A DNA stretch of 29,713 nucleotides from Clostridia bacterium (GTDB lineage: Bacteria > Bacillota > Clostridia > Christensenellales > Aristaeellaceae), in contig JAZLIA010000109.1 in assembly GCA_045617125.1 (NCBI GenBank), positions 1 through 29,713 on the forward strand, in the 5' to 3' direction. Position numbers and translations under genes: made by a program. Below are positions 25,279-29,713 of this stretch, one piece after another. Position 1 is the first letter of the stretch. Every line of letters starts with the position of its first letter. Below the pieces are notes generated by a model. That model did not search any database. It was not told where the DNA came from and saw nothing but the letters and a program-made list of their open reading frames with translations.

Positions 25279-27447
25279 TCAACGGCTGTTTTGTTCGCTT
25301 TCCTGTGACTTGACGAGCTGTTCAAACAGACCATGCTGGTTCATTAATTGGCTGTAGGTTCCTTCTTCTACGATCCCGCCGTTTTCCATCACGATGATCC
25401 GATCACAATCTTTGATGGTAGATAGACGATGCGCGACCATGATGACGGTCGCTTTGGTCTTGCAAATCTCCTCCATCACCGCCGATTGGGTGTTGTTATC
25501 CAGAGCGGATGTCGCCTCATCCAGAATCAGCAGCGCAGGTTTTCGGACAAACGCTCTTGCCAGCAGCATACACTGCTTCTGACCGCCGGAAAACCCGCCG
25601 GACATCGTTTCGGATATGATGGAATCAAGCCCGTCCGGAAGCGCGGAGATCACATCGGCGATCTGTGCCTTTTTCAGTGCTTCCCAAACCTCTTCATCGG
25701 AGATGTCATCATTCCCTAAGGTGATGTTGTAACGTACAGAGCCCGGCATCAGCGAGCTGTACTGTGCCAGAAAGCCAATGCGCCTGTTCACGAAACGCAT
25801 ATTCAGGGTCTCGATCGGATGATCGTCGAGATATACCGTACCTGAAAGCGGCTTGTTGATCCCGACGATCATGCTCAGCAACGTACTTTTGCCGCAGCCG
25901 CTCCTGCCTGTGATCCCGATGATTTCGCCGGGCGTGGCCGAGAAATTGATGCCTTCGATGCTGAACGAATCAGAAGGATTGTAGGAAAAATTGATATTTT
26001 CAAGTTTGACGCTGCCACGAATATTTCTGAGGATCTTCTGATCCGGGCTGATCTCGCTTTCCGCCTGGAACAGCTTCGAGATGTGCCGGACATATTCCGA
26101 TGCTCTGAAAGACGCGGAAAACAAATCGGTGGCTTCCAGTGCCGCGGCGGACATGATGGCATAGCTCGCGCTGAACGCGATGAAACCAGCCGCGGAAACA
26201 TGGCAGTACCAGGCTGTGATATAGAAGACCGCGACCGAAATGGCCGGCACAAAGATGCCTTTCAACTTGACGATGAGCGGAAGGTCAAAAGAATATTCAA
26301 GCCGTCTTTTGAAGATCGAAGCCCATTTGACATAGATCCGCTTTTCCGCGCCAGCGGTCTTGATCTTCTGGATGCCCTGCAAAGTGGAGAAAATGTTGTT
26401 GCGAAGCTCGGAATCCGTTTCCATTTCCATTTTCAGGATCTTCGCGTAAATTCTCTCCGATATTCCGATCCAGGACAGCTGAAGCGCCATCAACAGAAGC
26501 CCTGCCAGTGCCAGAGGACCGGACATGTGGATCATCTGCGGAATATTGACCAGTGAAAAAGCCAGGGTGACCGATGTGCAGAAAACCATTTCCACAATGA
26601 TCTCGGCAAGCGTTCTGGCGTGACGGACATAGGTGGCGACACGTCCGCTCTTGTTCTTCCGGAAAAAGGAGACCGGAAGGCACAACACTCTCGCGATCAC
26701 CGAGATCTGGGACTGTTTCGTGATCCTGAGCCTGTACAGATCCACCGTGTATTTTTTGACAGCGTTCAGGAAGCAGCGGATCAGCCCGGCAGCCGTATAG
26801 ATAAAGATCGCGGAAACGATCAGCGGGATCGCGGTGCTGCCGGCCGGAACATATTCCTTCAGAACGGTATGGCTGACAGAGGGCGTTGCCAGGTTCAGCC
26901 CCGCCACCAGCGCAGACAGAATACAGATCACAGCCCAGAATTTGCGCGGAATGATCTTCAGAATATATCTCAGAAAACCCGGAAAACCGTCGACTTTCCA
27001 GTCCAAAGGCCGATAGACCGCGTAACCGGCAGCGCCGAGCCTGACTTTGCCTGTCAGATGGCTTTTTTTGTTTTGCCCGGGGCGCAGAAAGCTGTGACCG
27101 ATTACCGCGTTTGTGATCAGGATCGGAGAACCGTTGTCCAGAAAGCCGATGATGAAATCGGTGCTGTCTTTCCATCCGGGATCCGTCATATCGATCTTTT
27201 CATACAGGATCCCGCAGGGTTCAAAGGTATATTCCAGCATTTCATCCGGATCATCCGTATCATATTCGTTGCCGGGAGTCAATCCATAGGCGTTCAGAAT
27301 ATACCGGAGGATATACCGAAGTCCTTCCGTCCTGTCACAGGCTTCCTGATCGGGAGACAGTGTGCCGAACAGGGCGGCATCGGCTTTCTGTACTGCTTCT
27401 TCGTCCTGGGCGGCCCGCCTTTTGATCGTTTCTGTATAAAGTCCCAT
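25279..27447 (-). CDS. ABC exporter (TMD-NBD half transporter) with a ~160-aa N-terminal accessory domain
   Basis: A six-TM exporter domain is followed by Walker A GRSGCGKST, signature FSGGQKQ, Walker B LILDEATSALD and H-loop VAHRLST. The N-terminal domain has no Cys/His peptidase motifs. The start lies 3 nt after the upstream stop and has a GGGAG SD. Confidence 0.88.
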   Translation of the reverse strand: MGLYTETIKRRAAQDEEAVQKADAALFGTLSPDQEACDRTEGLRYILRYILNAYGLTPGNEYDTDDPDEMLEYTFEPCGILYEKIDMTDPGWKDSTDFIIGFLDNGSPILITNAVIGHSFLRPGQNKKSHLTGKVRLGAAGYAVYRPLDWKVDGFPGFLRYILKIIPRKFWAVICILSALVAGLNLATPSVSHTVLKEYVPAGSTAIPLIVSAIFIYTAAGLIRCFLNAVKKYTVDLYRLRITKQSQISVIARVLCLPVSFFRKNKSGRVATYVRHARTLAEIIVEMVFCTSVTLAFSLVNIPQMIHMSGPLALAGLLLMALQLSWIGISERIYAKILKMEMETDSELRNNIFSTLQGIQKIKTAGAEKRIYVKWASIFKRRLEYSFDLPLIVKLKGIFVPAISVAVFYITAWYCHVSAAGFIAFSASYAIMSAAALEATDLFSASFRASEYVRHISKLFQAESEISPDQKILRNIRGSVKLENINFSYNPSDSFSIEGINFSATPGEIIGITGRSGCGKSTLLSMIVGINKPLSGTVYLDDHPIETLNMRFVNRRIGFLAQYSSLMPGSVRYNITLGNDDISDEEVWEALKKAQIADVISALPDGLDSIISETMSGGFSGGQKQCMLLARAFVRKPALLILDEATSALDNNTQSAVMEEICKTKATVIMVAHRLSTIKDCDRIIVMENGGIVEEGTYSQLMNQHGLFEQLVKSQESEQNSR

Positions 27448-27450
27448 TTT

Positions 27451-29583
27451 TCAACTCCCACTGTCCACCAGCTGTCTGAATATACCGTCTCTGTTGTAGA
27501 GCTCCGACGGCGGTCCTTCCTCGGCGATTCTGCCTTTTTCAATAACCAGAACTTTGTCGCACAGCATCACAGTGGAAAGCCTGTGCGCGGCCAGGACGCA
27601 GACGCCCGCGTTCCGGTTCCGGATGGCCTCAAAGACTTTTTTCTCCGTAATGACGTCCAGTGCGGATGTGAATTCATCCAGGATCAGGATGGTCGGTTCC
27701 GCGGAAAGCGCTCTCGCCAGCGCCAGCCGCTGCAGTTCTCCGCCGGAGAAATTGCAGCCGTGCTCCTGGATCATGCCGTCATATCCATCCGGAGATGAGA
27801 TGATCCTCGGATGGATCTGCGCGTCTCTCGCGGCCAGGATCATTTCATAGTCTTCAATACAGTCATCCCACAGCTTCAGGTTGTTCCGCACCGTATCAAA
27901 ATAGGTCATGACATCCTGATCCACCGTGGCGATTGAAGCGTGCAAAACCGCGGTGGGGATCTCTCCGATCGGTTTTCCGTCGATCAAGATACTGCCGGAT
28001 TCCTGCGTATACAGGTCTGACAGCAGTTTCAGGATCGTGCTTTTGCCTGATCCCGTTTTTCCGACAAGAGCAACGATCTCGCCCTTTCTGACAGTGAAGG
28101 AAACATCCTTGAGCGCGGGTTCGTCGCCCTTGTTATAGCGGAATGTGACATGGTCAAACACAATATCTCCGGAAAGCTTGTCCGGTTCTTCCGGAATCGC
28201 GACCTCTCCGCGGGATTCACGCTGCAGGATATCATCCGAACGGTCGATGTTTGCTTTGATTCTCTGATAGTCTTTCATCATAAGAAGGGACTTGCGGACG
28301 TTTTTTTGCAGCTGGTTGACCAGGGTCTGGAACACCGCCATCACGCCGAAGGAGAAGCTACCGTTGATCATCATAAAAGCGCCGATGAACAGAAGGGCTC
28401 CCTGCGCGAAAAAATCGCTGAGATCGTTCAGCAGCGAAGCCAGCGCATTCAGCTTCAGCAAACTTTTCTGTTTATTGTCATAGTCGGTTTCCGACCGGCA
28501 CCAGACCTTGAAAAAGCTTCTTTCCGCACCGGTCGTTTTAATGGTTTCGATCAGGTTGATCCCGTTCAGCGTGTTGGATGTCACGTTGCTCTGCAGGACA
28601 GAAAGGCTTCGGGAAACGACCCCGACCCGGGAGACAACGGCCATATACAGGACAACGGAAATGATCTCCACGGCCAGACAGATGGCTGCCATGACCGGAT
28701 CAAACAGAAACAGAACAAGCAGGAAAGCAAAGATCAGGATCAGGTCAATAAGCTTCGATATAATATCACTGAGAAATCTTTTACCCAGCGTGATATTATC
28801 CATCGTCCGGTCGATCAGATCTCCGTTAATATGTGTTTCAAAAAAATGCATGGGCAGGCTGAGGAGCTTTTTGTACAGCGCGCTGCTCGACCGCGCCGCG
28901 ATTTTCCGGCTGCTCCCGAAAACGATCAGCGGCGTGATGACGGCAGCCGCGATATCCAGGACCGCGATGCACGCGATCACAGCCATGAGAAAGGGTGCCC
29001 GGGCGGCGTTGCCTTCGGACAGGCACTCATCCATCATTGCCCTGGAAGCAAAAAGCATACCGACGGTTGCTCCCGCGGAAAGGAGATAAAGCAACAGAAG
29101 AACAATGCAGTCTTTTTTATTTTCCCTGAAGCGACGGATAACAGGCGCGAAAAAACTTTCCGGCTTTCCCTCCGGCGCAAAGCCTTCCGCGGGAGTAAAT
29201 ACGATCGCCGTACTTCCCTCAAGTTTCTTTTCAAACGCTTCCCCGGTGATGTTGTATCTGCCGTAGCTCGAGCTGTTCAGACAGATCTTCCCGTTTTTGT
29301 ATCCGGTAACGATTTCATAATATCGTCCGGAACGGATCACGACCGGTGTATTCTGAGCCCGGATGATGTCGGGCGCCGGATTCCGGATAACCTCCGCCGA
29401 AAGCCCGAAAGCCGCACCGGCCGCGATCATCTGTCTGACCGATGTATTGTTGCGTGACGCAAGGCATTCCTGGCGGATCATTTCCGCCGATGGATACTTT
29501 TTATACCATGCCAGGATCATCGCGAGGGTCGCCATGCCGTTCTCCCCGGTATGAAGCTGCATGATCAACGGTACTTTATACAT
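27451..29583 (-). CDS. ABC exporter with N-terminal C39 peptidase-like domain whose catalytic residues are substituted
   Basis: The N-terminus YKVPLIMQLHTGENGMATLAMILAWY aligns by eye with the C39 block Q.....ECG..CLAMIL, with Asn in place of the catalytic Cys. A 6-TM domain follows, then Walker A GKTGSGKST, signature FSGGELQ, Walker B LILDEFTSALD and H-loop AAHRLST. I set the start at the ATG at 29583, which overlaps the upstream gene's stop (ATGTATAA). Confidence 0.85.
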   Translation of the reverse strand: MYKVPLIMQLHTGENGMATLAMILAWYKKYPSAEMIRQECLASRNNTSVRQMIAAGAAFGLSAEVIRNPAPDIIRAQNTPVVIRSGRYYEIVTGYKNGKICLNSSSYGRYNITGEAFEKKLEGSTAIVFTPAEGFAPEGKPESFFAPVIRRFRENKKDCIVLLLLYLLSAGATVGMLFASRAMMDECLSEGNAARAPFLMAVIACIAVLDIAAAVITPLIVFGSSRKIAARSSSALYKKLLSLPMHFFETHINGDLIDRTMDNITLGKRFLSDIISKLIDLILIFAFLLVLFLFDPVMAAICLAVEIISVVLYMAVVSRVGVVSRSLSVLQSNVTSNTLNGINLIETIKTTGAERSFFKVWCRSETDYDNKQKSLLKLNALASLLNDLSDFFAQGALLFIGAFMMINGSFSFGVMAVFQTLVNQLQKNVRKSLLMMKDYQRIKANIDRSDDILQRESRGEVAIPEEPDKLSGDIVFDHVTFRYNKGDEPALKDVSFTVRKGEIVALVGKTGSGKSTILKLLSDLYTQESGSILIDGKPIGEIPTAVLHASIATVDQDVMTYFDTVRNNLKLWDDCIEDYEMILAARDAQIHPRIISSPDGYDGMIQEHGCNFSGGELQRLALARALSAEPTILILDEFTSALDVITEKKVFEAIRNRNAGVCVLAAHRLSTVMLCDKVLVIEKGRIAEEGPPSELYNRDGIFRQLVDSGS

Positions 29584-29713
29584 TTTTATACATATTGTGG
29601 TACAGATGAACAAGGCTGACATAGCCAAGCGATTTCAGTTCGCTGTAGGAAGCCCTGTACTGTGCCTTTCCCCATTTCTCTGTCAGCACATAACGCGCGC
29701 AGTGCTGGATCCA
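29576..29713 (-). CDS. 3' end of an unidentified gene, translationally coupled to the ABC exporter; 5' part lies outside the window
   Basis: The minus-strand frame is open from the window edge: WIQHCARYVLTEKWGKAQYRASYSELKSLGYVSLVHLYHNMYKNV, with the stop at 29576-29578. It overlaps the next start codon by 8 nt. I recognise no family. Confidence 0.45.
   Translation of the reverse strand, partial: WIQHCARYVLTEKWGKAQYRASYSELKSLGYVSLVHLYHNMYKNV

Noticed and set aside
26620-29457. Plus-strand ORFs 26620-27798 and 28150-29457
   Set aside because: They are antisense shadows of the two ABC exporter genes.
15994-29583. Asserting that the GG-leader LysM protein is the cargo of the ABC exporter pair
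   Set aside because: The two loci are about 9 kb apart on opposite strands, with housekeeping genes between them. The only C39-like domain in the window appears catalytically dead. I note the link only as a possibility to test.
1-29713. CRISPR arrays, tRNA/rRNA genes, IS elements, integrases, and toxin-antitoxin or restriction-modification genes
   Set aside because: I looked for regularly spaced direct repeats, cloverleaf-like intergenic sequences, terminal inverted repeats and recombinase motifs, and found none. The only tandem repeats are in-frame coding repeats in the J-protein and LysM genes.

Overview
This 29.7-kb chromosomal segment reads like a moderately GC-rich Firmicute, probably Clostridia. 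It has GGAGG-type ribosome-binding sites, sigma-A TTGACA/TATAAT promoters, a T-box leader and intrinsic terminators. I saw no rRNA, tRNA, CRISPR array, transposase or integrase. Layout: (i) 1-8363 holds carbohydrate and peptidase genes, all on the minus strand except the first: the 3' end of a GH78-like rhamnosidase (plus strand), a GH1 beta-glucosidase, glycogen phosphorylase, an unassigned secreted protein, an M42 aminopeptidase and a CofE-like protein. (ii) 8632-16320 is on the plus strand: a NUDIX hydrolase, a fused MacB-type ABC ATPase/FtsX permease, then a four-gene orphan Hsp70 module (DnaK paralog, DUF5685-like protein, atypical J-protein with a cysteine-string tail, zinc-ribbon membrane protein) closed by a strong terminator. 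A small LysM protein follows, whose N-terminus looks like a double-glycine export leader rather than a Sec signal. (iii) 16411-25233 is on the minus strand: a GNAT remnant, a metallophosphoesterase, dnaX, an EamA transporter, murG and pheT-pheS behind a Phe-specific T-box riboswitch. (iv) 25279-29713 is on the minus strand: two translationally coupled ABC exporters, the first with a C39 peptidase-like domain in which all three catalytic residues appear substituted, plus the 3' end of a further coupled gene that leaves the window. The best candidates for something undescribed are the Hsp70/DUF5685/J-protein/zinc-ribbon operon in the centre of the window, the GG-leader LysM protein beside it, and the degenerate-peptidase ABC exporter pair at the right edge. 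All family assignments come from motif recognition by eye; no database search was run.
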